Assembly (NCBI GenBank): GCA_023146135.1
Contig: JAGLCR010000042.1
Coordinates: 7,857-71,856, forward strand
Direction of reading: 5' to 3'
Length of the DNA stretch: 64,000 nt
Source of the DNA: Bacteroidales bacterium
Lineage (GTDB): Bacteria > Bacteroidota > Bacteroidia > Bacteroidales > UBA1556
The notes under the pieces were generated by a model that saw nothing but the letters and a program-made list of their open reading frames with translations, did not search any database and was not told the origin of the DNA. Numbering within the stretch: position 1 is the stretch's first letter; each line of letters starts with the position of its first letter. Made by a program: the position numbers and the translations under genes. Of this stretch, positions 19,800-28,389 are shown in pieces.

Positions 19800-19827
19800 C
19801 GTATTACACACTAATTTTAAATGTGTG

Positions 19828-19835
19828 CAAAGATA
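19828..19835 (-). promoter_or_regulatory. Bacteroidota -7 promoter box (TATCTTTG) for the ACP-acyltransferase-MT-dehydratase operon
   Basis: Matches TAnnTTTG about 30 bp upstream of the ACP ATG. Confidence 0.7.
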
Positions 19836-19988
19836 AATATTATTTTCTTAGCAATAAGAGTTTTATTTTTAGTGTTTTTTTCTTTCTAATACTGATACTT
19901 ATTTTATTGTTTGCTAATTCAAAAAGAGTAGTTTTGGCATTATTAAGACTCCCTTTTTTAGTAAACAGATTAACTTGCATAAATAATT

Positions 19989-20864
19989 TTGAAAAAGCTT
20001 TTAAATAAATATTCGATACCCCTAGCAGCGCTTATTATTTTTACAATAGTAGGGCTTATAGTTATGTGGTATCGCGACATTCGTTATTTCTATTTATTTG
20101 CCGGCATGGGGCTTATGGAATTTTCTACTCGTGTAATTGTAATACATTACCCTCAAACAAAACAGTTTTTTCGATTATCAGTTCAGTTTATTATTGGTGG
20201 TTTTTTGCTCTTTTGGCTTAGTATTTTTATAGGTGTTAACTTTCAATTTCCACAAGTATTCTTTGATTTGTCAAGTGGAGTAGTTACCGGTGCATTGATA
20301 CAGACATTAGTTGCGCGTGTAGCATTGCCTTTTATATTTGGTAACGCATTTTGCTCACGAGCTTGTTGGACGGGTTTCTTTTTTGAAATAACCAATTCGA
20401 AAAAGAACATCTCCAAACCTCCAAAGCAGCGCATCGAATGGTTAGCATGGGCGTATCTTCTTGCTTTAGTTATTGTTCCTTTTGCTATTGCAGGATTTCA
20501 TAATCCTGCTGAAGACGAAGGCCTTCGGAGGATGTGGATAGTTGGCGAAAACCTATTTATCGTGAGTGTAGGTTTTGCATTGACCTTTATTTCGGGTAGC
20601 AGATCTTATTGTCGTATGTTATGTCCATTTATCACCGTCTCAGGCTTATTTTCAAAATTTGCTTTATTTAAAATTACCCCTATAGCCTCTGATAGCTGTA
20701 CATCTTGTAATAAGTGTACTACCGCTTGCCCTATGCTTATTGATGTGAAAGAATTGGTAGCTAATACCGAAAAAGTATCCCATAAGCTTTGCATAGTTTG
20801 TGAGCGCTGTGTGGATTCTTGCCCTGAGGATATATTGAAGTATACTTATAAGAAGGCTAAGTAA
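19989..20864 (+). CDS. membrane 4Fe-4S binding protein (NapH/CcoG-like polyferredoxin)
   Basis: TM helices; CSRACW, CRMLCP and two CxxCxxCxxxCP motifs; TTG start. Confidence 0.82.
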   Translation: MKKLLNKYSIPLAALIIFTIVGLIVMWYRDIRYFYLFAGMGLMEFSTRVIVIHYPQTKQFFRLSVQFIIGGFLLFWLSIFIGVNFQFPQVFFDLSSGVVTGALIQTLVARVALPFIFGNAFCSRACWTGFFFEITNSKKNISKPPKQRIEWLAWAYLLALVIVPFAIAGFHNPAEDEGLRRMWIVGENLFIVSVGFALTFISGSRSYCRMLCPFITVSGLFSKFALFKITPIASDSCTSCNKCTTACPMLIDVKELVANTEKVSHKLCIVCERCVDSCPEDILKYTYKKAK

Positions 20865-20989
20865 AGATTATTTTAGAGCTCTTGCTTTTTCATTGATTAT
20901 GATAATTTGGGTATTCGTTTTTGCCTTGACTAGGTGATTTAAATATTGCAAAAAATTGAAATGTATTACCTATGTTTTACCCTATCAAT

Positions 20990-21044
20990 AAAAAAGCCTG
21001 CATATCAATGATATACAGGCTTGTAAAATTGTATTTGTGATCCA
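20990..21044. repeat. 55-bp direct repeat, distal copy (att-like; tRNA-Arg 3' tip plus terminator)
   Basis: aaaaaagcctgcatatcaatgatatacaggcttgtaaaattgtatttgtgatcca is identical to 23018-23072. Confidence 0.95.
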
Positions 21045-21232
21045 TGCTGGGCTTCTAAATATCGCCTTTATGTCATGAATATCAGTATATTACAAGTATA
21101 AAAATTCGTGGGCAGGCTGTTTTTCAGATGTTTTTTTGCACTCAAAGGCCTTGTTTTGCACCAACTTTCTCCTACATATAAATGTTTAGTGTTTTGTATA
21201 TGAAAAGTGATATAGAATTGAAATGCATATAA

Positions 21233-21283
21233 ATGTACTATAATACAGACATATTAAGTATATTTGCAAATAATATAGTACAT
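21233..21283 (+). promoter_or_regulatory. hipBA promoter with operator-like inverted repeat
   Basis: ATGTACTATA (21233-21242) and TATAGTACAT (21274-21283) flank the -7 box TATATTTG (21259-21266). Confidence 0.7.
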
Positions 21284-21299
21284 AAATAATTATATAGTA

Positions 21300-21593
21300 A
21301 TGAAGTTAAAGAAGCAAATTGTATTCCCAAAGCATCAAAAGATATTAAATCTTATGGGAGAAAATATAAAGCTTGCAAGGAAGAGACGAAAGCTGACAGC
21401 GGTGCAAGTAGCTGAGCGAGCTCGTATTTCAAGGAATACGCTATATTTACTAGAGAAAGGCAGTTCGAGTGTATCTATTGGTGCTTTATTTAATGTGTTA
21501 AGAGTATTAAACCTGCAAGATGATTTTCTAAAATTGGCTGCTGATGATGAGCTTGGAAGAAAGTTGCAAGATATAGAACTAATGGGAAAATAG
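21300..21593 (+). CDS. hipB: XRE-family HTH antitoxin (HipB-like)
   Basis: IKLARKRRKLT..QVAERARISRNTLYLLEKG HTH; 1 bp upstream of hipA. Confidence 0.8.
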   Translation: MKLKKQIVFPKHQKILNLMGENIKLARKRRKLTAVQVAERARISRNTLYLLEKGSSSVSIGALFNVLRVLNLQDDFLKLAADDELGRKLQDIELMGK

Positions 21594-21594
21594 C

Positions 21595-22845
21595 ATGGCA
21601 AAAAAACACGATATATATGTTTATGCACATTGGCTTGGAATGTCAGAGCCTATGTTGATGGGGCTTTTGGAGGCTCAATCGATTAAGGGTAAAATGTCTT
21701 ATAGTTTTGAGTATGATAGAATGTGGTTGCAATCAAATGAACAATTTCTATTAGATCCAGATATTAGTTGGTTTTCTGGAAAGCAATATCCAGATGCCAA
21801 GGGTAATTTTGGTTTATTCTTGGATTCGATGCCTGATACTTGGGGGAGGACTTTGATGAAAAGGCGAGCTGCCGTTCATGCAAAGGTAAATGATAATAAG
21901 TTAGTTTCATTAAATGAAGTAGATTTCTTATTGGGAGTGTATGACGAAAGTAGAATGGGGGCACTTCGGTTTAAGACGAATAAGCAAGGCCCCTTTTTAG
22001 ATAGTAGTCAGGAGTTTCCAACTCCACCTTGGACATCAGTAAGAAAATTGCAGCATAGTGCAAAAATGCTTGATTCGCATACTGATGATAAAAGTATTAT
22101 GGATTTTCTTAAAGTTATTATGGCACCAGGATCTTCACTTGGAGGCGCACGGCCAAAGGCTAATATCTTAGATGACAATCAGCATCCTTGGATTGCTAAA
22201 TTTCCTGCAAAAAATGATACTATTAATATGGCTTTATGGGAAATGTTAGCCTATAAACTTGCAATAAAGTCAGGTGTGTGGATGGCAGAATCAAAGTGCG
22301 AAAAAGTGTCGGGACACCATCACACTTTTTTTACTAAAAGGTTTGACCGTTTGCAGGGGGAACGAATCCATTTTGCATCGGCAATGAGCATGACAGGACA
22401 CTCAGAAGATGATTTGAGAGACGATGTTGCTAGTTACCTAGAGTTGGCGGAATTTCTACAGTTTGCAGGGTCTAATATCGAAGAAGATTTGCATCAACTC
22501 TGGAGAAGAATTGTTTTTAGTATTGCTATTTCAAGTACGGATGATCATTTGAGAAACCATGGTTTTCTATTGGAGCAGAAAGGTTGGAGATTGTCTCCCG
22601 CTTATGATTTGAATCCATCTGTTGATAAAGAAGGTTTAGCACTTAATATTGACATGGATAGTAATGCATTAGATTTTGATTTAGCAAAAAGTGTTGGAGA
22701 ATACTTTTTATTAGATAAAGTGGCCATGAATGAAATTATTAAAGAAGTATGCACAGTAGTGAGTTGTTGGGAAAGTGAAGCCAAGAACATAGGAATTTCA
22801 AGAAACGAAATTCAGATGATGGAATCAGCTTTTCGTTGGGTATAA
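21595..22845 (+). CDS. hipA: HipA-family Ser/Thr kinase toxin
   Basis: PDTWGR, GSSLGGARPK, RFDR, DDHLRN, LSPAYD. Confidence 0.93.
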   Translation: MAKKHDIYVYAHWLGMSEPMLMGLLEAQSIKGKMSYSFEYDRMWLQSNEQFLLDPDISWFSGKQYPDAKGNFGLFLDSMPDTWGRTLMKRRAAVHAKVNDNKLVSLNEVDFLLGVYDESRMGALRFKTNKQGPFLDSSQEFPTPPWTSVRKLQHSAKMLDSHTDDKSIMDFLKVIMAPGSSLGGARPKANILDDNQHPWIAKFPAKNDTINMALWEMLAYKLAIKSGVWMAESKCEKVSGHHHTFFTKRFDRLQGERIHFASAMSMTGHSEDDLRDDVASYLELAEFLQFAGSNIEEDLHQLWRRIVFSIAISSTDDHLRNHGFLLEQKGWRLSPAYDLNPSVDKEGLALNIDMDSNALDFDLAKSVGEYFLLDKVAMNEIIKEVCTVVSCWESEAKNIGISRNEIQMMESAFRWV

Positions 22846-23017
22846 TCCTCCTGTTGTGTTGAAAAAAGTTAATTCACTAAAAAAACATGTCTAGTAAACT
22901 AAGCAATAAACTGGATATTATATTGTGGTTTTAGTTAACTACTGCTGTGTAAGTGATAGATAATATTGATAATACATTTTGTGGCACTAGCATCCGAAAC
23001 TTTTTCAATATTTCCTA

Positions 23018-23072
23018 AAAAAAGCCTGCATATCAATGATATACAGGCTTGTAAAATTGTATTTGTGATCCA
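23018..23072. repeat. 55-bp direct repeat, tRNA-proximal copy, including a hairpin terminator for the tRNA operon
   Basis: Identical to 20990-21044; stem aagcctg/caggctt followed by a U-tract on the minus strand. Confidence 0.95.
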
Positions 23073-23139
23073 GGCGGGATTCGAACCCACGACCCGCAGC
23101 TTAGAAGGCTGCTGCTCTATCCAGCTGAGCTACTGGACC
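23066..23139 (-). tRNA. tRNA-Arg(UCU)
   Basis: GGTCCAGTAGCTCAGCTGGATAGAGCA..CTTCTAAG..GGTTCGAATCC..TGGATCA cloverleaf, anticodon TCT. Confidence 0.97.
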
Positions 23140-23201
23140 AATTATTTCCAATTCCTACAAACAAAAAAAGGAGACAAGCTCCTTTAATTTTTTTTATAGT
23201 G

Positions 23202-23276
23202 TCGGGGTGGCAGGATTCGAACCTGCGGCCCCCTGCTCCCAAAGCAGGTGCGCTAACCGGACTGCGCCACACCCCG
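23202..23276 (-). tRNA. tRNA-Pro(UGG)
   Basis: CGGGGTGTGGCGCAG..TTTGGGA..GGTTCGAATCC..CCCCGA, anticodon TGG. Confidence 0.97.
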
Positions 23277-23320
23277 AAAAAAATCTATAAAGAACTCGCT
23301 TTTACTTCCAAAAGCGGCTG

Positions 23321-23328
23321 CAAAAGTA
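23321..23328 (-). promoter_or_regulatory. -7 promoter box (TACTTTTG) for the tRNA-Pro/tRNA-Arg operon
   Basis: TAnnTTTG 45 bp upstream of tRNA-Pro. Confidence 0.7.
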
Positions 23329-23413
23329 TAAAATAAATTTTAATAAAAAACACTTTTCTTTAAAATAATTTTATTTTTGAATAATCCAATATTTTATCCT
23401 TCAAAAAGTATAT

Positions 23414-24172
23414 TTACTTGCGTATAATTGTAGTCGCATTTGCCTGAGCAGTAGGCATTATCACCATGTCATTGATATTTACATGTGCGGGTAAATTAGC
23501 ACAGTAATACACGGCATCAGCAATATCCTCTGCTTGCAATGGCTCAAAACCCTTGTATATGGAATCTGCCTTTGCGTTATCTCCTTTGAAACGCACGTTG
23601 GAAAACTCTGTTTCTACGGCTCCAGGTGCTACTTGGGTAACTCTTATTCCCTCGCTCACCATATCAATGCGCATAGCTTTAGTTAACGAGTCTACTGCAT
23701 GCTTAGTTCCACAATAAACATTGCCAAAGGAATAGGTTTCTTTACCAGCAATGGACCCAATATTGATAATATGCCCTTTGCCTTGGGAAATCATCAATGG
23801 TGCTACATTACGAGTTACGTAAAGCAGTCCTTTTATGTTGGTATCAATCATGCGTTCCCAATCATCATAAACACCATCCTGTATATTGGTTAATCCTACG
23901 GCTAGTCCTGCATTATTAAGTAGTACATCAATGCTTTTCCAGTTACTGCTTAAACTTCGAACGGCTACTTCTACCTCTACACGATTACGTACATCAAAGT
24001 TTAAAGCAAGAACTTCCACTGCGTATTTATCTGTCAAATGATTTGCAAATTCGTCTAATCGCTCTTTGCGACGACCTGTAATGATAAGGTTATAGTGGTT
24101 TTTGGCAAAAATATGTGCACTGGCTTTTCCAATTCCGCTTGTGGCTCCTGTTATAAATGCTATTTTGTTCAT
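23414..24172 (-). CDS. NADP-dependent SDR (YdfG/Sdh-like)
   Basis: TGATSGIG, GRR, NNAG, YCGTK. Confidence 0.9.
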   Translation of the reverse strand: MNKIAFITGATSGIGKASAHIFAKNHYNLIITGRRKERLDEFANHLTDKYAVEVLALNFDVRNRVEVEVAVRSLSSNWKSIDVLLNNAGLAVGLTNIQDGVYDDWERMIDTNIKGLLYVTRNVAPLMISQGKGHIINIGSIAGKETYSFGNVYCGTKHAVDSLTKAMRIDMVSEGIRVTQVAPGAVETEFSNVRFKGDNAKADSIYKGFEPLQAEDIADAVYYCANLPAHVNINDMVIMPTAQANATTIIRK

Positions 24173-24190
24173 TGTTTTATATTATTTGTG

Positions 24191-24328
24191 TTATATCTGT
24201 GTTACTAAACTTGTATGCTTGCTTGCTGAGTATATTATCTCGGTCATTGAGCTTGTGTTATCTCGGTCACTGAGCTTGTTGTCTTGGTCACTGGGCTTGT
24301 TAAATTTGTCACTGAGCTTGTCGAAGTG
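24191..24328. repeat. tandem array of ~21-bp REP-derived units (GGTCACTGAGCTTG) ending in a full CACTGAGCTTGTCGAAGTG hairpin
   Basis: Clear units start at 24235, 24258, 24279 and 24300; degenerate units at 24191 and 24214. Confidence 0.85.
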
Positions 24329-24366
24329 CGACTGCAAACTTATGTTTTTTTGAGCTCAAGCAGAAA

Positions 24367-25650
24367 CTATTGTTTCAGTATTTTCTTTATATCTATTAAT
24401 TGAACATAGGCCAGTAAGAAAAATAGTAGCCCAATTATACGATAGCGTGATATGGCTCCAAGTATTGGAGTAGTGAGCCCAACAATTATTAGGTTGGCCA
24501 AGGCAAAAAGTAAGGCAATCCAGAGTAAGGGTTTATTTTCTATATTACTAATTGGGAAAACAACCAATAGGATAAGCATAAGAAATAGTAAGATGTTTTC
24601 TAAAGTTGCCGCCCACATTAGTAAACCATTGGCCTCCCATGGAGTGGGTCTGAAAATACAATTTATTAATGCGATGGGTACACTCTTCATAATGGAATAG
24701 CCATCGGCAGTATATCGAATATTCATTTTTGTATTTGTCGATTGCGCATCCTTTGAAAGTTCTTCAAAAGCCATTCTTTTTTCAACTAAGATGCCGTAAA
24801 AATCTTTTCCTGTAATTTTTTCCGATTCTGTGAGAAAGCTGAATGCGATAAAAAGCATAATAAAATAGGGGAGGAATGCCCTTCGTTGTGGTTTAATAGA
24901 ATTCCATAGATACCCAAATATTAAGGGGATAAGAATCATTGCAATAATGGCTCTTGTTTGAAATAGAAGAAAAAATGCAAGCCCAACTAGAATAGTCCGT
25001 GGAATAGGTTTTCGCCCTTTTAGAGCGTAGCTGCCACAATTCAAAATCAATCCGATAAAGAAAAAGGCTAAGCTCTCTTTTAGTATTCCTGACGACCAAA
25101 ATACAATAGAAGGAAAAGCAAATACAGCAAGAAAAATTAGCCATTTACGCTCAGGTAATTGTTGATAGAAGAATCTAAAAATCCAGAATAAACCCATAAA
25201 GGCCAAGAAGCTAAAAACAATGACATGAGCTCCATACGACCCTAAACTAATTAGGTTTAGTAACATATTTGCTCTGATGATTAATTTATTGCTTCCGAAT
25301 AAAGTGCTTTCATTTGATGAGTCCCAACTATTGGTGTACTTCAAAACCACATTGACATCTTCATCGGTAGATTTGTTTTGATATAAGAATTTGAAATATT
25401 CTGCTTTATGGTCTTTTAACAGATGTTGGAAAACCTTTGCATCATCGTAATAACGAAAAATATCGGCTTTACTGCGGTCGGTATAATGATTGGTATAAAT
25501 AAACCACATCGCAAATGCAGCAATTAGCTTAATGGCAAAAGCACCTGCAAACCAATGTTTGGAAATACCTTTGGCTCCAAACATTTTGATTTTGTAGACA
25601 GCGAAGAATGCTGCTGCTGCAAAAAATAGAGTTATTAAATAGTCTAACAT
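24367..25650 (-). CDS. polytopic membrane protein, possibly GT-C/Wzy-like
   Basis: About 11 TM segments; ADIFRYY, FPSIVFWSSGILKE, RYR motifs. Confidence 0.6.
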   Translation of the reverse strand: MLDYLITLFFAAAAFFAVYKIKMFGAKGISKHWFAGAFAIKLIAAFAMWFIYTNHYTDRSKADIFRYYDDAKVFQHLLKDHKAEYFKFLYQNKSTDEDVNVVLKYTNSWDSSNESTLFGSNKLIIRANMLLNLISLGSYGAHVIVFSFLAFMGLFWIFRFFYQQLPERKWLIFLAVFAFPSIVFWSSGILKESLAFFFIGLILNCGSYALKGRKPIPRTILVGLAFFLLFQTRAIIAMILIPLIFGYLWNSIKPQRRAFLPYFIMLFIAFSFLTESEKITGKDFYGILVEKRMAFEELSKDAQSTNTKMNIRYTADGYSIMKSVPIALINCIFRPTPWEANGLLMWAATLENILLFLMLILLVVFPISNIENKPLLWIALLFALANLIIVGLTTPILGAISRYRIIGLLFFLLAYVQLIDIKKILKQ

Positions 25651-25696
25651 ATTGGATTCAAAAGTACAGTAATTTTAGGGAAAGAGGGTGTTTTAT

Positions 25697-26356
25697 TTAG
25701 AAACGAAATTCCAATCCTGTTTTGAATCCAATACCACCAATATTTGTAATTTCAGTTTGCGTTAGGCTGATGTCCTTATAACTATACGTATAGATTAGTT
25801 TGCTCGGAATGTAAGTATAGTCAAAGGAGGTGTGAAAGTATAAACTTTTGTATATTCTAAGGCTTATACCTGATGTAAAAAAGACTCCTGTGATAAAGCC
25901 ATTGGTAGTTAGATTTCCGTCCCCTATGTCTTTATATTTAATTGGCATTTGAAATGAATAAGAAGTCATGTTTAAGCCCGTCGAACATTTAACGCTGAGA
26001 ATGGATTGTTCAAACACGCGTCCAATTACTCCAATCCTTAAGTTGCGCATAAAACCTGTATTTGATGTACCTTCTTTAGTTATTTTAAAAGGTAAATAGT
26101 TATAGCCTGTTGTTATTCCTACTCTATTATTGAGATAATAATTGAAATTTACAGATGGACCAAAACTATTTCCAAAGCCATTTATTTCAGAATGACTTTG
26201 TTGATACCAATAATTGTCTACACCTATTAAATGAGCTGCTGTAGGATGCCAAAAAAAGGCTGTAGAAATAAGCTCAAAATGAGTGGATAGAGAATCATTT
26301 GCAAATGAATTCAAGGAGCCTAAAGTCAATAGTATTATAAAAATAGACTTTCTCAT
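25697..26356 (-). CDS. outer-membrane beta-barrel protein
   Basis: Signal peptide, alternating beta strands, C-terminal GLEFRF. Confidence 0.7.
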   Translation of the reverse strand: MRKSIFIILLTLGSLNSFANDSLSTHFELISTAFFWHPTAAHLIGVDNYWYQQSHSEINGFGNSFGPSVNFNYYLNNRVGITTGYNYLPFKITKEGTSNTGFMRNLRIGVIGRVFEQSILSVKCSTGLNMTSYSFQMPIKYKDIGDGNLTTNGFITGVFFTSGISLRIYKSLYFHTSFDYTYIPSKLIYTYSYKDISLTQTEITNIGGIGFKTGLEFRF

Positions 26357-27078
26357 GATTTATCCTTTCCAAAATTAAATGATAAACCAATTTGCCCAGC
26401 AATACCTCCAAGGTTTGTTTTTTTTTCAAAACCTGAGTGAGGAGCCCCAATATATTTTAATGTTTTGATGTTATTAGTGTATTCTATACCTATATTTAAA
26501 GAGATAGATTTTATTAATTGAATTTTGAGTCCAGAATTAACATAAAAACCAAAAGAATTGCCTTTTGCCTCATATGTTGGTTGCTCAAAAAAATTAGTTT
26601 CTGTATTTAGGTTCATAGAATAGGAGGGAATATAGTTTAATCCTGCACCAAAAAACATATTAACTCGGCTTTCTCTTTTTGTTTGCCCCGCATAGCCAAT
26701 TTTTAGATTTATAATTTGTGCCTCGTTATGGAAAACATTTAAATCTCCTGTCATTAAATAAGTTTTTGTTGGATATTCCAAATGATTTGTTAAAGACAAA
26801 TAATTAAATCCCAAGTAAGCTCCAAGATAATTTTTGAAATAGTAACAAACATGCATAGCGGGAGCAACGCCTTGTCCATAACCAGCACTGTTTGGAAAAG
26901 GATCGTAGTAGCCGTTTGGGATTGAGGCGTCCAATAAAGAGTTGTTCGCTTTCATATGCTCCGCTGTGGGAGTCCAAAATAAAGAGGATACACCTATTTC
27001 AATATGTCTTAACTGATTTGTTTGAGCTTTTGCTGCAATCGAAATGATTATAAGTATAAATACTATTAATAGTTTCAT
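26353..27078 (-). CDS. outer-membrane beta-barrel protein, paralog of the neighbour (start revised to MKLLIVF)
   Basis: Signal peptide; shares FWxPTAxH and TN(L/I)GGI with 25697-26356. Confidence 0.7.
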   Translation of the reverse strand: MKLLIVFILIIISIAAKAQTNQLRHIEIGVSSLFWTPTAEHMKANNSLLDASIPNGYYDPFPNSAGYGQGVAPAMHVCYYFKNYLGAYLGFNYLSLTNHLEYPTKTYLMTGDLNVFHNEAQIINLKIGYAGQTKRESRVNMFFGAGLNYIPSYSMNLNTETNFFEQPTYEAKGNSFGFYVNSGLKIQLIKSISLNIGIEYTNNIKTLKYIGAPHSGFEKKTNLGGIAGQIGLSFNFGKDKS

Positions 27079-27109
27079 ATTTGAATTAGTATTAGAAATC
27101 CAAATATAC

Positions 27110-27143
27110 AAAAAAAACCGTTAATTTATTAACGGTTTTTTTT
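27110..27143. terminator. bidirectional intrinsic terminator
   Basis: aaaaaaaaccgttaa ttta ttaacggtttttttt. Confidence 0.85.
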
Positions 27144-27235
27144 AATACAATGCTTTTAATAAGCCACTTCAGCTACATTCAACTCGGCTTGTGTTGAGTT
27201 AATAACCAAGCCATTTTGATTCTGTGTTGAATGAT

Positions 27236-27913
27236 CTAATTATTCATACCAGAGGTATCTAATTCGGCAGTATTCAATGAATCTGACAATCTTGCCATTT
27301 CATTTATAGTAGCATAGTTATCGATGGTGTAAAAAACAGATAGTGCCTTTGCAGTATAATCAACATTTTTTTCAATTACTACTAGGTCTTCTTTGGAATA
27401 GCCATCATTATTAATGTCAACAGTATATTCGGTTAGTTTTTGATTGGCAGCATCTTTACCATCCATCAATTGTATTTGCTTAATAGCAACAAAATGCATT
27501 CCCCATTCGATCATAAATTGACTTAGAAAGCCGATTTTTTCTAATTCTTGTTTTCCCTCATCAGCATTAGCATAACCGTGTTCGGTAAAAAATGTATTTA
27601 TAGTTTGATGATTAAGATTTGCCTGCTTGATAGAGTCCATACTTAGAAAATCATCAATGGTTTTTATTACTTGGTTCCATTCTTCATCGCTAATTTTTCG
27701 TTCAGTAGTAACAATATCCATTTTTGCCAATATAGCTTTAGAGAACACCTTGTCGCTGTCATCAGCACCCATTTCTTCTTGCATTTCCTCGGCATTTTGT
27801 GAGATTTCTTTCATCTTATTCATTTGACTCATTATACCACCGTCGTCAGACCCGCCACATGAACTCATAAAGGCGAGTGCTGGAATTAATAATACTAATA
27901 ATATTTTTTTCAT
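27236..27913 (-). CDS. lipoprotein of unknown function (start revised to MKKILL)
   Basis: FMSSC lipobox; helical acidic body. Confidence 0.75.
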   Translation of the reverse strand: MKKILLVLLIPALAFMSSCGGSDDGGIMSQMNKMKEISQNAEEMQEEMGADDSDKVFSKAILAKMDIVTTERKISDEEWNQVIKTIDDFLSMDSIKQANLNHQTINTFFTEHGYANADEGKQELEKIGFLSQFMIEWGMHFVAIKQIQLMDGKDAANQKLTEYTVDINNDGYSKEDLVVIEKNVDYTAKALSVFYTIDNYATINEMARLSDSLNTAELDTSGMNN

Positions 27914-28062
27914 AAGTTTTGAATTTGTTAGTTTATAATAGCCCAAAAGTAAGAATATTATAAACTGATTATAAGAAAAAGTGCAATTATTTCGTATATT
28001 GAAATAGGCAAAAGAGAGAGGGCTAAATCAATAAATTGAGTTGAATGGTGAGACTATAGGAC

Positions 28063-28092
28063 AAAAAAAAAGCTCGTCAATAATGACGAGCT
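28063..28092 (-). terminator. intrinsic terminator of csp
   Basis: agctcgtca/tgacgagct stem plus A-tract (U-tract on the minus strand). Confidence 0.85.
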
Positions 28093-28118
28093 CAATAAGT
28101 TCAATTGGATAAAGCAAA

Positions 28119-28310
28119 TTATAATACTTTCACATTAACTGCGTTCATTCCTTTTTTACCTTCTTTAAGTTCAAACTCAACTGCATCGCCTTCGCGAATT
28201 TCGTCGATTAAACCTGAGATGTGTACGAAGTGTTCGTTTTCTGACTCGTCTTCTTTAATGAAACCAAAACCTTTGGTGTCGTTGAAGAACTTTACTGTTC
28301 CTTTAATCAT
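28119..28310 (-). CDS. cold-shock protein (CSD)
   Basis: GTVKFFN, KGFGFI (RNP1), FVHIS (RNP2). Confidence 0.95.
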   Translation of the reverse strand: MIKGTVKFFNDTKGFGFIKEDESENEHFVHISGLIDEIREGDAVEFELKEGKKGMNAVNVKVL

Positions 28311-28389
28311 TGTATTAATTTTATTAGTTATTTATAATGCGCAAAGATAATATTATATCCATTGCATCGATGTTTTTTAACAATTATTT

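Larger units (their letters stand above)
20990..23072. mobile_element. hipBA genomic islet integrated at tRNA-Arg(UCU); no integrase
   Basis: Bounded by perfect direct repeats that overlap the tRNA 3' end; only cargo is a TA module. Confidence 0.75.

Noticed and set aside
22966-23187. 73-aa ORF on the plus strand
   Set aside because: Antisense to tRNA-Arg and spans the att-like repeat; spurious
24191-24328. Possible mini-CRISPR, and the 83-aa ORF 24102-24353
   Set aside because: The period is only ~21 bp with no spacers; the ORF's SLSL pattern is translated repeat and it overlaps the SDR gene antisense
27163-27201. Possible decayed REP copy (gccacttcagctacattcaactcggcttgtgttgagtt)
   Set aside because: Weak hairpin, too degenerate to assign by eye
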